From Epithemia pelagica (lineage: Eukaryota > Protista > Bacillariophyta): a DNA stretch of 64,000 bases. Under the pieces are notes generated by a model, which was not told the origin of the DNA, made no database searches, and saw only the letters and a list, made by a program, of their open reading frames with translations. Shown in pieces: positions 46,869-58,985 of this stretch. Numbering within the stretch: position 1 is the stretch's first letter; each line of letters begins with the position of its first letter. The stretch lies in NCBI GenBank assembly GCA_946965045.2, contig OX337236.1, forward strand, positions 2,294,001-2,358,000. Reading direction: 5' to 3'. Position numbers and translations under genes: made by a program.

Positions 46869-48575
46869 ATGGCATCGCCTTTATCATTCCAGAATTACAC
46901 TTCTCAATCTCCTCCTTCACAACGCAAGAACCATCATCATGGTCAGTGGCCGTTGTTTCGAAATTTTACTTCCTATATTCTTGCCGGAGTTCTGTTAGTA
47001 TTGGTGGTTCGCGGCATTTATATTGGTACTCAAGAGAGTGTTTTGTTCTTACCGTCTCATCACTGGAAGAATAACGACCATGATTTCTTGATGTCTTCAA
47101 CAAACCATGCTTCCCAAAGCAAGCAGAAAGACCCGGCAAAACATAAAAGTCCAATCCAAACCGACCCCCAGGAAAACCACAATCACACTACTCTTGTCAG
47201 GGTCATGCAGGATCAGAAACAGTCAATGCCGTACAAACGATTTCATGAGTTTCCCATTGCAGAGTTTCACAAGTCGAAACTCAAAGGCCGAAAACTCTAT
47301 ACAACCGCCTATGAAGAAGCGACGGTTCTCGGTGCCTCCTCGTCATGGTTTATCCCTCAAAAGCACTGTGTTCTGCTTCATGATCGAAGCAATGCGTCGT
47401 GCTGTGCCGAAACAGTGGCCATTTCGTTGGATCAAGACGATCATCACATTATCAATACTGTCGATAGTTTGGATATTGCAGATTTGTCTTTGGAAAAATA
47501 TTACAATCGCCGTGGACTTCGTTTCTTTTCAACAGAGGGCAAACAACAGCTGGGTCTTGACACTTCGGTATTTCCCTGCTTGCAACCGGGTACTATTTTT
47601 CACATCGACAATCATGGCAATTTACTCGAGGAATTTTTTACTCAACTGTTACCCAACATCACTGTCCCCTTTGTGATTATTACGACCGAATCCGATGCGG
47701 ATTCGCCATTCAAGTTTGGCGAACGATTGGGGACGGAAAAGAAATTGCTCAAATGGTATGGACAATCACCGTTGCTGAACAGAATCCCCAAGAATAAACA
47801 CTACGACCTTGCCGTGAGCAAACTCGAGAGTTTCCCATTGGGACTCGCCAAATGGTTTGAACAAAGTCGACTCTTAAATCGATACCTGGAATTGAGGAAC
47901 AACGCCAATCCCTTTTCCGGTGTCCAAATGGAACGATGGACCAACGCAAGTGTTTGGAAGGTGTTGGATGATCCCAATGCCACTTCGACGGCCATTGACA
48001 ATGCATTTTACGATACTCTCTTTGTCAAATTTGGCGTTAGTAGATACTCCAAATCGTGGCGACGGCCGCTTTTGGATTTTTTGTGTGACAATGTCACAGC
48101 CAACCCAAGACGTGATTCTATTTCGTGTACTTCCAGCCAAATGTCTAATCTGGAAATTTATCAAGCCGGATCCCAGTATTTGTTTGGAATAAGTCCCAAG
48201 GGTATGGGATGGGATTGCTATCGAACCTACGAATTGTTGATCTTGGGTATCATTCCCATTGTGCCTGCTCGACCGGGCGGGACCCACAAACAGTTTGAGA
48301 ACTTACCCGTTCTAGAATTAGACATGTCGGCCATTTACAAAATGTCCAAGCGACAAATGTTGGAAGCTATGCGCGACTATATCCAGAGCGATGCCTTTGT
48401 CAAGGCTGATTTCGCCAAGGGATGGGAACGCTTGTTTTTACGGTATCGGAGGCGGCACATTTTGAAAACGACCGGTCGGGACAAGGATATTGTGGTGGAC
48501 CCCAATACCGGTCGTGAGTTTTATCAGGCATGGAAATATTCCGTCGTACAGGGCTCTTTTGCTAGGGACAAATAA
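46869..48575 (+). CDS. Type II membrane glycosyltransferase-like protein with an exostosin/GT47-like C-terminal motif (paralogue 1)
   Basis: N-terminal TM (YILAGVLLVLVVRGIYIG); SPKGMGWDCYRTYELLILGIIPIV resembles the exostosin SPxGxGxDxxRxxEAxxxGxIPV motif. Confidence 0.75.
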   Translation: MASPLSFQNYTSQSPPSQRKNHHHGQWPLFRNFTSYILAGVLLVLVVRGIYIGTQESVLFLPSHHWKNNDHDFLMSSTNHASQSKQKDPAKHKSPIQTDPQENHNHTTLVRVMQDQKQSMPYKRFHEFPIAEFHKSKLKGRKLYTTAYEEATVLGASSSWFIPQKHCVLLHDRSNASCCAETVAISLDQDDHHIINTVDSLDIADLSLEKYYNRRGLRFFSTEGKQQLGLDTSVFPCLQPGTIFHIDNHGNLLEEFFTQLLPNITVPFVIITTESDADSPFKFGERLGTEKKLLKWYGQSPLLNRIPKNKHYDLAVSKLESFPLGLAKWFEQSRLLNRYLELRNNANPFSGVQMERWTNASVWKVLDDPNATSTAIDNAFYDTLFVKFGVSRYSKSWRRPLLDFLCDNVTANPRRDSISCTSSQMSNLEIYQAGSQYLFGISPKGMGWDCYRTYELLILGIIPIVPARPGGTHKQFENLPVLELDMSAIYKMSKRQMLEAMRDYIQSDAFVKADFAKGWERLFLRYRRRHILKTTGRDKDIVVDPNTGREFYQAWKYSVVQGSFARDK

Positions 48576-50446
48576 CCACGAGACTTGAGGACATTATCCT
48601 TCTTGATCTCGTTCGATTGTCGTGAAGAACTATTTTTGCTGGAGTTCATTTCCAGAAAAAGTACGCGGTCTAGGCGAAAACTGGTCAGCGGCATTTCTTT
48701 TGTAAACTGAGGCAACGTTGTACCTCGGTTGTAAGGACTCGGGCCACGGTTGATACGGACATCGCTCTCTAAGTTTACTTTCATCCTCTAGTTGGGAACT
48801 TTCCCACGCACGACTCTTTCATAGTTGTGCGGCCTCCTGCTTTTTCGAGGCTGATCTAGCATCACCCATGGAATTGCAAAAAGATATTGCTTCTATGCTA
48901 AAAAAAGTGTGGTTCTGGTTGGATTGCAGCTGACGGTGTCGGGTAATGACAAGCCAACCCACACGGTTGTCGGGAAACACCTGAGTGACCACTACAACGA
49001 TTTCATGCGCATTATGCGGGAACACAATTCTTCTCCTAATATCTTGGAAGATGTCGTGACTGTTTTCGTCTCCCCAACGGAGAGTTACCGCAAAATGAAG
49101 TTCATGCCTGTTCTGTCTACGGAAGGGCAACCTCTCCAGAATGATATTGTAAATTTCAAAGGGACGGCGGTTCAGTACTCTGCCGTGTTTGAGGTTGGAT
49201 ACTTTGAGCAGTTGATGAAAGGATCAATTGATGGAATACGGTAGAAATCCAAGCAGAGCCTTGCCAAAGGCCCTAATAGCGAAAAGTTTTGTCGGACATT
49301 TTGCTAATGGCAATCTCAAGAGCGACGAGCTTCTTCGTCTGGTCAAGCAATACAGACCACATGTCAACGAGGGGTGGTTCATGAGGGCTTGTCCCCATTT
49401 CGCGGTCCATTTCATTCTTTCGTAATTCATATACCTTCTTCCTCCAACGGAAGCGTGCAACGGATCCGGTGAAGTCTGCATTACAAGGAAGAAGATACGA
49501 ATGGAGCGGCAAAGAATGAAGACAACAACGCGGCATGGGAACGATTCTTGTCTGGACACGATCAACAATACACGGCAGCGGAAATTCCCTTGGCAACGGC
49601 ATGTCTGACAACTGTGAAATGCTCAAGAGGATCCATCATTCTGACCCTTCAGACCTGTGAAGCTGTAGCGGTACAAGTCCAAGAAAAAGAACCCCAATAA
49701 TCTCCATCGGACAAGGCCCGCCTTGAATGGCTGGAACGATTGTACCAACTACCTAGCCTGTAAGGTTGGTGATGGAAGGTCTCCAGTTTGTTGGCTTGTT
49801 CGTTGGAATCATATGGGGCCTAGACGAAGGAGACGGGCCCCGAGTTGATGCGACCTTGGATGTTGCCACCACCAAAACCTAGTCGACATTCCTGTACCGC
49901 ACATGGCACAGTGAGAGAAATGCTCATGGCCAAGGCCACAATCCGTTCGTTTTCGGCGGCGAAAGAAAGAATGACACGTTCCACTCCACTCTTTTCATTG
50001 TAAATCATACTTTAAGGCGTCTTAACCAGACAGGAGACAGGCCCATTCGAGTTGCCCGTTGCAACGACCACTTCTCCGCGTGCAATGTAGCGTTCGTCAT
50101 GCACCAATCCACAATTGCTACACACACGGTGTCCGGCCGCCCTCTTGCCAATTCGTCCACGACGTCCTCGTCCATCGTATTGTCGTCATTATTCCATCAT
50201 CGCGAAGTTACGTGGGAGTGAGAAAATGAATGAGTCGCGAATACGACGTCAAAAAACCTAATTTGACAGTAAGACTCCCTAGCGCTCTTTTGTACTAAAG
50301 GGCCATTATATTTTTGATGATTGTGCAGCACGAGAAGGAGTACAGACTACCTACCCTACCAGCTAACAATACAAATAGATCAAATAGAATCTTTTGTGAC
50401 TTTTGACATTGAGACATCGCTAAAAATTACAGACAGACAAACGACG

Positions 50447-52258
50447 ATGCTACCAAAAGCACAAGCAATCCGCTATAGTGAGCGACCAAGTCAACTCCTG
50501 GATGGCCCTTTTTCATCTTTTAGGAGGACGAGAGTCGTTCTTGTCATCTTCTGCATTGTGGCCTTGGTAGGAGTTTGGTTTCAAGTCCATCTCTCCTCCT
50601 CCGTTGCTGGGTCATCGTTTTCCTGCGTCGAACACTTTGTTTCCTCTGGATTGGCAGCAGCCACCACCTCGTTGGTTACCACCAGTACCGACTCGACTGC
50701 TGAGGAGGAGGCATCTGTAACACCGACAGTACAATCCTTCCGACGGTATCACGAATGGCCCGATCATTTGCTTCCAAACCCTGATGCTCGACCTAGACCG
50801 CGTCTTTATACTACAGCTTTTGAACAAGCGTTGGTGGTGGAACGAGCATATCCCTGGTTTGTGCCCAAACGCATCTGTCGTTCCATTCCGACATCGCTCT
50901 TTCCAAGTAGCAGCAGAACAAGTATACAGAGAGCAACGGAGGGAACGCCAGAAGGACCGTCGTGGCATTGTTGTGCCCAAACAGTGGCTCTTTCCTTGGA
51001 ACAAGATGCAACTCATCTCATTAATACAGTGGACGGTATGGATCTGGCCGATGTTATTTTCGAAAATGCCTATACGCGCCGAGGATTGGAATTTTTTGGT
51101 AGTCAATTTCAAGCCGCAAAGTTGCCTCCGGTTCAAACAGTGCCTTGTTGGCAACATGGTACCATTGTGCATTTGGACAATTCACGAGCAATGTTGCAAG
51201 AATTGTTTACCCGGTATTTACCGCATAGTTCGGTGCCCATTGTACTCCTGACGGCCGAAACAGATGGCAATTCGCCCCAAATGTACGGCGACCAATTGAT
51301 GGGGACCAATAAGAATCATACCAAACTATTGGCCTGGTATGGACAATCCCCCCTCATGACACTCTTTCCCAAATCAGGTAGTCACGTTGCTCGTGGTAGC
51401 AGTACCAATGGAATCAGCTCCAATTCAGACCACCAGGTGGCTGTGGATCCAGTGGTGGAACGCAAATTTGTTGCCTTTCCGTTGGGGTTTTCCAAACAAC
51501 ACGATCAAACACGATATTTACAACGCTATATGGAATTAACCAATTATACGAATCCCTTTACTCCAGAACAAATGGAAGATCGATGGAGAAATGCGGCCAT
51601 TTGGAAGAATGTCAAGAAGGCGCTTGAGGAGAGCACAAATCCATCGAATCGCAATGACGACAGGAAGAAGAATGCAACCGATACAGTAGTCGACAATGCG
51701 TTTTATGATACGGTGTGGATACGATTTGGTCTCAACCCAATGTCTCGCAAACGCCGGACTCCCATTTTTGAGCACTTGTGCGATCGACATGATGCGGCCA
51801 AGCGTCGCGATACGATTTCTTGTCATTTGGACAAGGTCACACCTCATGCCTCGTATCAAAGCATGTCACAATACTTGTTTGCTGTGAGTCCTCCCGGTGC
51901 TGGATGGGACTGTTATCGGACGTACGAGTTGCTCGTCATGGGTGTCATTCCCATTGTTGTGGCACGACCCCATCATGGCTTGTTTCGCAATTTGCCAGTG
52001 GTCGAAATCTCCGAACACGATATGCAAACATGGACGCGAAAACAATTCCTTGAGCACTTGTATGACTTTGTCCACCGTCCCGAATTTGTCACGACCAATT
52101 ACACGGATGGATGGCAGCGATTGTTCTTGGAGTATTGGCGACGAGATGCCTTGGCCAGGGCAGGACGTGACAAGGATATTATTCATGACCCTGAGACTGG
52201 AAAAGAGTTTTATCAAGCCTGGAAATACACCGTTCACGAAGGACCCATGAGACCCTGA
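50447..52258 (+). CDS. Type II membrane glycosyltransferase-like protein, exostosin/GT47-like (paralogue 2)
   Basis: TM VVLVIFCIVALVGVWF; SPPGAGWDCYRTYELLVMGVIPIV; collinear motifs shared with 46869-48575 through to GRDKDI..DP.TG.EFYQAWKY. Confidence 0.75.
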   Translation: MLPKAQAIRYSERPSQLLDGPFSSFRRTRVVLVIFCIVALVGVWFQVHLSSSVAGSSFSCVEHFVSSGLAAATTSLVTTSTDSTAEEEASVTPTVQSFRRYHEWPDHLLPNPDARPRPRLYTTAFEQALVVERAYPWFVPKRICRSIPTSLFPSSSRTSIQRATEGTPEGPSWHCCAQTVALSLEQDATHLINTVDGMDLADVIFENAYTRRGLEFFGSQFQAAKLPPVQTVPCWQHGTIVHLDNSRAMLQELFTRYLPHSSVPIVLLTAETDGNSPQMYGDQLMGTNKNHTKLLAWYGQSPLMTLFPKSGSHVARGSSTNGISSNSDHQVAVDPVVERKFVAFPLGFSKQHDQTRYLQRYMELTNYTNPFTPEQMEDRWRNAAIWKNVKKALEESTNPSNRNDDRKKNATDTVVDNAFYDTVWIRFGLNPMSRKRRTPIFEHLCDRHDAAKRRDTISCHLDKVTPHASYQSMSQYLFAVSPPGAGWDCYRTYELLVMGVIPIVVARPHHGLFRNLPVVEISEHDMQTWTRKQFLEHLYDFVHRPEFVTTNYTDGWQRLFLEYWRRDALARAGRDKDIIHDPETGKEFYQAWKYTVHEGPMRP

Positions 52259-52291
52259 CCCTAGGATATCAAAAATTTGGGTAGATAGGAG

Positions 52292-52385
52292 AAAGGACAA
52301 CTGGGTTAACGAGTTTATATTCAAAGAGTCTCGGCGTAACCTGTTAGCATTGGTAATGGTCATTACGGAGTCGTGGCTCTCATGG
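52292..52385. repeat. 94-bp direct repeat, copy 1
   Basis: Matches 53314-53407 with one mismatch. Confidence 0.95.
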
Positions 52386-52495
52386 TCGAACGTGCGCAGA
52401 CCTGCACTTCAGACATGCGTCAAACCCGTATCGCGTCTCACAGTTCACCATATTATCATCGACATCTTTAGCAAGCTACTGCACGCACCACCACC

Positions 52496-53254
52496 ATGGC
52501 GGATGCAGCCGCAGAAGATGCCGCGAGCTCCACCGCGTCCACGGCCGTGGACAGTATGATCCGTTTGTTGTACCTGGAAATAGTCCGGAAGGACGATTAC
52601 AAGCAATGGAAAAAGGACCCGCAGCTGTGTCCGCAGCCGCGGGTTTCGACGAACACGATTGATGACAGCACGCTCGAAGGGATCCTAGAACGTTTCGACA
52701 TCTCTCATCTCTCGGAGCACTTGGGGACTTGGGAGAAGCAACTACCTTCTACGGTTCAGCCATTCTTCTCTTTCTCCGATGTGAACGCCATGACGGAAAA
52801 TTCACCAACGCGCACTTTGCATTACGAAATGGACGGTCTCACCTGGAGCTGCGAGTATTTCGTCAAGACGTGGGTCTCAAGAACCGGTAACTTGATGAAG
52901 ATTTTGGTCGTTCACCTTCCAAATGAAGGTTTTTTCTATGTCAACGAAGACGCCGTGGAGGAGATTGTGGGAACGATAAAGAAAAAGGGTCAGAAGAACA
53001 GTCGCCACGAACACACGTGCTTTGATGACTGGGTCGTGCTTGAGAAAACGATTTGGGACAAACTGAAACCATTCGAGACTTTTATGGCCACATGGTGCGG
53101 GAACGATTATGACCCGCAGCGTGTCGAGAAGACGGCCTTGTACCATTCTGGTGCTAAACGAGTCGACATATGCATGCGCATGGATCACATCGCGATTGAG
53201 TTCTCGTTTGAGCACAGCTTCCCGGTTGCGTTGGAAGACGACTTCTGGGACTGA
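52496..53254 (+). CDS. Intronless hypothetical protein (252 aa) enclosed by the 94-bp direct repeat
   Basis: ATG in good context (CACCACCATGG), globular-looking composition, no motif recognised. Confidence 0.75.
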   Translation: MADAAAEDAASSTASTAVDSMIRLLYLEIVRKDDYKQWKKDPQLCPQPRVSTNTIDDSTLEGILERFDISHLSEHLGTWEKQLPSTVQPFFSFSDVNAMTENSPTRTLHYEMDGLTWSCEYFVKTWVSRTGNLMKILVVHLPNEGFFYVNEDAVEEIVGTIKKKGQKNSRHEHTCFDDWVVLEKTIWDKLKPFETFMATWCGNDYDPQRVEKTALYHSGAKRVDICMRMDHIAIEFSFEHSFPVALEDDFWD

Positions 53255-53313
53255 GGGACGGGAAATCAAACTTAGTGTTAGCAAGCTTGGAGGGCTGATT
53301 TCACATGCTTTGC

Positions 53314-53407
53314 AAAGGACAACTGGGTTAACGAGTTTGTATTCAAAGAGTCTCGGCGTAACCTGTTAGCATTGGTAATGGTCATTACGGAGTCGTGGCT
53401 CTCATGG
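53314..53407. repeat. 94-bp direct repeat, copy 2, overlapping the sulfotransferase stop codon
   Basis: Includes the minus-strand TGA at 53402-53404. Confidence 0.95.
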
Positions 53408-55205
53408 AAGCTTCAAGTCATTGAGACAGTCATGGTCGCAACCTTCTCCCCATATATAGCAGGTGGTGTTAGTAAAGGGAGTGCGCTCCCCTCCCGCTGA
53501 ACATTGATTCACAATGCGTCCCTTGCAGTGCTCTTCTGCCAGTTTAAGTCCCGTTCGCAACGCTTGCAACTTGGCTTCAAATTCCTCTCTCCCCAATGCC
53601 TCAATGGTTCGATCCAGACTGGCATTGGCCGCTTGATAAAGAAGCAAATCACCACGAATCGTGTGTTTCCATTCCGGCGAGTCAAAAAACTGTTGCGTGG
53701 AAGGCGTGAGAAAGGAGGGTTGAATGTAAATACAGGGGCGATCGCGTGCGGGACCATTGGAAAAGGTTTGACTGCTGCGAGCTCTTGTATACAAAATGTC
53801 ATGCGTCGTCAGATTCAACAGCATTTGTAACACAACCAAACTTTCATCCATGCGTTCGGTAATGGCAATAAAATTATACCCATCCAAAATATCCTCTACT
53901 ACAGTAGGAATAGATGTGGAGCCCAATTTCATGTGCTGGACAAATTCTTTGGGCCGTGGCATGACACCTCGTCCTTGTTGTTGTTGTTGTTGTCCTTGCG
54001 ATTGTCGAAACTTTTTTTGCAATTGAGCAAAATTTGTCAAGTTGTGGGTATGCAGATATTCTTGACGAGCCCGTCCTTCATTCGGAGTATAGTTTTTCAC
54101 CATGAGATCGTAGAGATACTTGTGTTCCAAATGAGGCATATTGAGAAAGCGTCGGAAGTTTGCATCGGTTGGTTCGACTTGTTGCATAGAAACCGCAAAG
54201 TGAAAAAATTCACTAATGGCCCGTTTCGTCGGATCACGGACTAGGCTAAATAAGAAGCTTTTCCTTGGGTCACGCTTGTCATATTCCAGTCCAAGAGCAC
54301 TGCCATGCATGGACCTGTGCACGCATTTGACTGAATTTAGGCTCTTCAAGTCTTGAAAGTTCTCCATCTTATCAATCAGGGTGATGTTGATCATTGGACT
54401 GCTCCTGTTTTGGTTCATGTGGTGGTTCCAGATCATTCTTCTCATCATTTGGTTCATGTCATGGTCCATTGTTTCTCCCATCCACGGTGATCGATTGTGA
54501 GCCAATCGTAGGACGACACTGACCATTGTAGTACTGCCCACTTTGGTTGGTCGTTGAAACAAAAAGCCTCGTTGCGTGGGCGTCGTTAGCATGAGTCGCC
54601 TTTGACCACGATAACAGGGGAAACCACCTTCAAAGACGGACCAGGCTCGAGACGGTACGGTAGTGTTGAAGAAGTCATTGAAGAATTCTCTTTCCGTCGT
54701 TCTTTCTTCTTTTGGGAATTCAGGTCTATCCTTGCTGGATTTGTCCATGTGTTTCATCTGTGAGGACCGTGGCAGGATGGCTGTTCGGCTAGAGGTCATG
54801 GTTGTCCTGGTCATCGTGGTGTGTGATTGGCCCATGTTCATTTTCTTGTTATCATGGCGTTTCTTGAACGATTCCACTCGGGTGGTGGTTTTTGCCCAGA
54901 CAGCGGCTGTGGGTGGTGCATGGCTGGAAGAATGCGGGTCAGGAACTGGAAAGGTTTTCATGCGGCGACGAATGACCATCGTCGACGGACAACAACGACA
55001 AGGTCGAACGATGACTGCGGTGCCAGTAGGATTCGGAAAGGATCGAAAACACAGACATTGCAAATGCTGCGGCAAGAGCCAAAGGAAACACAAGTTTGGA
55101 CCATTTCCTGCTACGAGTGGTGGATCTTCGTTGTGCCACGTTGGCTCTTGATGGACCAATAATGACATGCTGCCTGCTCGCATTTGTTGAGCTTGTTGTC
55201 ATCAT
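53402..55205 (-). CDS. Golgi-type sulfotransferase (Sulfotransfer_2 / Gal-3-O-sulfotransferase-like)
   Basis: 5'-PSB-like FQRPTKVGSTT, 3'-PB-like SLVRDPTKRAISEF, FIAITERMDESLV. The TM-bearing N-terminus (KLVFPLALAAAFAMSVFSIL, ATG 55205) is in a different frame, so an intron or frameshift lies near 54940-55010. Confidence 0.8.
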
Positions 55206-55487
55206 TCTTTGTATATATGTGGAAAAAACAAGACGTATCACTGATTGTCGAGGAAATGATCTCCAATTGTGGCAGCAGCTTGTTGGTTCTTGTACCATTT
55301 TGTTGGTGGAAGGAGTGAAGAACCAAGCGTTGAATTTCGATTTTTGTGGTCACTTTTGACACGAGTTGAAGCTCGACCGACGTGGTGGGGGACCAGACAG
55401 TACATTCTTCTGTACTCCAAATAGTGGAAGTGCATGCGTTCCGGTTCCGAAAATGCGCTCCCTGGTTGTCAAAAATAATCTGTGACC

Positions 55488-56926
55488 ATGACGATCTNNN
55501 NNNNNNNNNNNNNNNNNNNNNNNNNNNNNNNNNNNNNNNNNNNNNNNNNNNNNNNNNNNNNNNNNNNNNNNNNNNNNNNNNNNNNNNNNNNNNNNNNNNN
55601 NNNNNNNNNNNNNNNNNNNNNNNNNNNNNNNNNNNNNNNNNNNNNNNNNNNNNNNNNNNNNNNNNNNNNNNNNNNNNNNNNNNNNNNNNNNNNNNNNACC
55701 ACATTCCATGACAGCCAAAAAAGCCAGAACAGCTTCATCCTTAAGACTAAAACGAACAGTGACATGGTGACGAGTCAAGTTCATGGTACTGCCTCGTCCT
55801 ATTACGAAGGCACGACCCTTGTTGGAGGGAAACGAGTTGCCTACCGACTGCATTCTTCCCAAATTGACGCAAACGGCAAGTCATACCCCCGAACCCAAAG
55901 CAACATCAATGAAACCTCAATAAATGAGAAAAGCGCTGATCTAAACCTTCTTTTGGTGGGTGTCTTGTCGTCGCCTTGGTCTGGAATGACGCGAGATGCC
56001 ATTCGACGCACATGGGCCAACGACTCTCGAGGTGACCAACCTAGAAACACGAATAGAACCACGTCTTTAAATGGGCCGTGGGGAACGACACATCCATACA
56101 AGCCAAGTCAGGTGTTATTTGTGGTGGGAGGACCCTGGACAGACGAATTGGCTCTGGAATTTGAGCAACATCAAGATTTGTTATGGGTGGATCGAGAGGA
56201 AAGTTATCGATCTATTACCTGGAAGGTTTTGGTGATGCTGGCAGTGGCACAAGCGTACGTACGCCATGAAAGGGAATCCAACAAACATGCAACTGCCAAC
56301 TGAAAAACAGAAAGACCCTCACCACCTGTTGTTCCATGCTTTGTTATCGCAGCCATTGGCCAGATCGCCATGTCCTTAAAGTAGACGACGATTCCTATGT
56401 TCGAATACAGGCAATTACACAAGTCATTAACGGACCAACACCCATTTCGTACTGGGGATTGTGCAATAAACACGCTCCCGTCCTTCGCAATCACACTCCT
56501 GGCCGCAGGCACCGTCGTGGCAAAGTTAATGTCCTGAAACGACAACAGCAAGTAGAAAAACAAGAAAGGAATGCACGTTGGACCATTGCCTGGCAGGACT
56601 TTGGAGAAACGCACTATCCGCCCTATGCCATTGGAGCCGGATACGTCCTGTCCCCATCCACGGTAGCTTGTTTGGTAGAACAGCAGTCCCAATGGAACCA
56701 AACAGGTATATTGCCTGTCGAAGATGCTTTTGTTGGTATCTTGTGTCGTGCCTGTCATGTGTCGTGTCAAACGTCGACCCGAGTCAAGGGCGAACCAACG
56801 TGGGAGGAACATGTCGGCAAGTTTTGGATCCTTCATCATATTGCCCGCGACGGAACGAAAAGCGCGTATACCATGGAGGGCATTCACCAGACGTATCGTG
56901 CCCTGGATGGCATACAAACAAAGTGA
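55488..56926 (+). CDS. GT31 beta-1,3-galactosyltransferase family protein; 5' part in the gap; intron 56255-56352
   Basis: LLVGVLS..RDAIRRTW, EFEQHQDLL...ESY.SITWK, VLKVDDDSYV, YPPYAIGAGYVLS, VEDAFVG. A GTACGT...CAG intron restores the frame. The start at 55488 is tentative. Confidence 0.85.
55498..55697. other. Assembly gap (200 N)
   Basis: Run of N. Confidence 1.
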
Positions 56927-57407
56927 ATGCGGTGGGTATCTTGTTGTCAGACCGTCGACACTTTGATGGTAGACAGGGGAAGATATAGTGGGTGACACAT
57001 TCGTGGACTCCCCTCTAGCTTATGGACATACTCGAGCTCTATGTGAAATGGACTTCTGTCTACTCCCCAGTGGGTCCAGGTATAAGGGACAAAAAGTTCT
57101 CAATCAAAATTGTGATCAATATGCATACACGCTGGGAGTTAGACTGTCAGCAACTGAACACAACAAAATTCTGTTTAGATCGAATTTCAGTCGTGATGTT
57201 CCTTCCTGTTGTTCCATTCACCTCTTCTTGATTGTAGATCGTTGAAGCAACAGGCGACGTCTGAAAAAGAGTTGAGTGGATTGATTGTTGTTGCAGTCAT
57301 TCGTGGATCCAGCAAGCAAAGATTCATCGGAACAAGAGAGCAACGAGACCGAGCAGACTTGCCCAAACCGAGCCCCGCTACGAAGTGTAACAACAAACTA
57401 CCATAAA

Positions 57408-58985
57408 ATGTCGGAAGGCGGTCAATTTCCCTGGAAGCGACAACACGCCGTTCATCGCAGCCGGGCTCCCAATTATCAACAATTGATGCAACCCCTCCCA
57501 GATCCTCCGAGTGGAATGCAATGGATTCACGATACGAGGAATGGTCAGTGGACCTTGTGGGATACCCGACACGAAGTCACGGCTCAACAGGAATATTTGG
57601 ACTCTACCCACGACGACTCGTCCTCGGCAGCTTCATCCTCCACTACTTTGCTGTGGACGCACCCATCTCAAGCAGAGACTGTGCCGACTTTCCATAGCAC
57701 GGTGGGTTCCGATGCGGCGGTGCCCACTGTCGCAGTAGCGGTGGTAGAGGCACCAACGGAACCAACAACAAGCGCTGTCCATCGGTTCCAGGAGGATCCT
57801 TTGCCTAGGGCCACCCCCATTGTCGAACCTGCTGCAGCGGCAGATCCTTTGTTGTCGTCCTCGTCATGCGTCACCCCAACAATCAGTGCTGCTACACCGA
57901 GTGACAGTGCTACGGTTGCCCTAGCAACGACTCCTCTCAATGTGACGGATGCATCCGATGTACCACCCGTGGCGGCAGCGCCAATCTGTCGTGGCCAACA
58001 TGACACGGAGAATCTCAAGGCGGCAACTCATGGCAAGAACCACATGTTTGACGAACATCAAACCCACAAGATTCACGACCCAAACAATGAGGAAAAAGAC
58101 TACATTGTGCATTACATATTGCCCGAATACGATACCTTGGCGGGCCTGTGTTTGCGGTATCGTATTTCGCAACGACACTTGCAACGGGTCAATGGTTTTT
58201 CAGGTTGCAATTCCTTACGGTTGGCACCCAAACGGCTCGTCATTCCCATTACCGAAAAGGCTCGTAAATACGGATGGCAAGCACAAGACGTGGACAGTCA
58301 ACCCTTTCAAATCTCGGTCTTGTTGGCCCATTATCCTCACTTGTCCCGGATGGAAGCCAAATGGTACGTGTGACGTGCATATTTGCTTGTAGTTTGGGGA
58401 TTTGCTTGTAGTTTGGGGGTGCGAGATGTGTGTGGAGCTTTGGTTATGTGGATAGTCTTAGAATCTCGTGTGTGTTCTTTGGCTCTCTTATCACCCTTTC
58501 TTCTTGCCTTTTTCTCTCGTTTTCCCCATGAAACTATATGTGTATACAACAGTTACTTGGAAACCAATGATGAAGATTTGAATCAAGCCTTACATGAAGC
58601 AGCCGAGGATTATGCTTGGGAACAAGCTCAAAAACAACAGGAACAAGCCGAAGCCCAACGACGAGAACAAGAACCGAAAAAGAACCATCCAAGAAACGTC
58701 AAGCCGCCGCCCTTTACGGATCCGCGACAACAAGACTCGGAGGATCCGTACGGTCGAAACGACCAGGAGGATGACGATGACGAACCGGAGGAGGATTGTT
58801 TCTTGTTGAGTTGGATGTTCTCTCTGGTACGATTCATTCCTGTGCCTCAACCGACCAAGGCATTGGATGGAGAACCATCGTCCTCCATGCTGGAATTGCA
58901 ATCCTCGTCGCCTACCCTTCATCTCCCCCCAGCAAGGCTTCCCCCAGCAAGGGTCGTTATGGCGCCCCGGACCCTCATGTTGTAA
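57408..58985 (+). CDS. LysM-domain protein; intron 58364-58552
   Basis: HYILPEYDTLAGLCLRYRISQRHLQRVNGF...LVIP is a LysM pattern, followed by a spliced helical segment (CYLETNDEDLNQALHEA). Confidence 0.85.
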
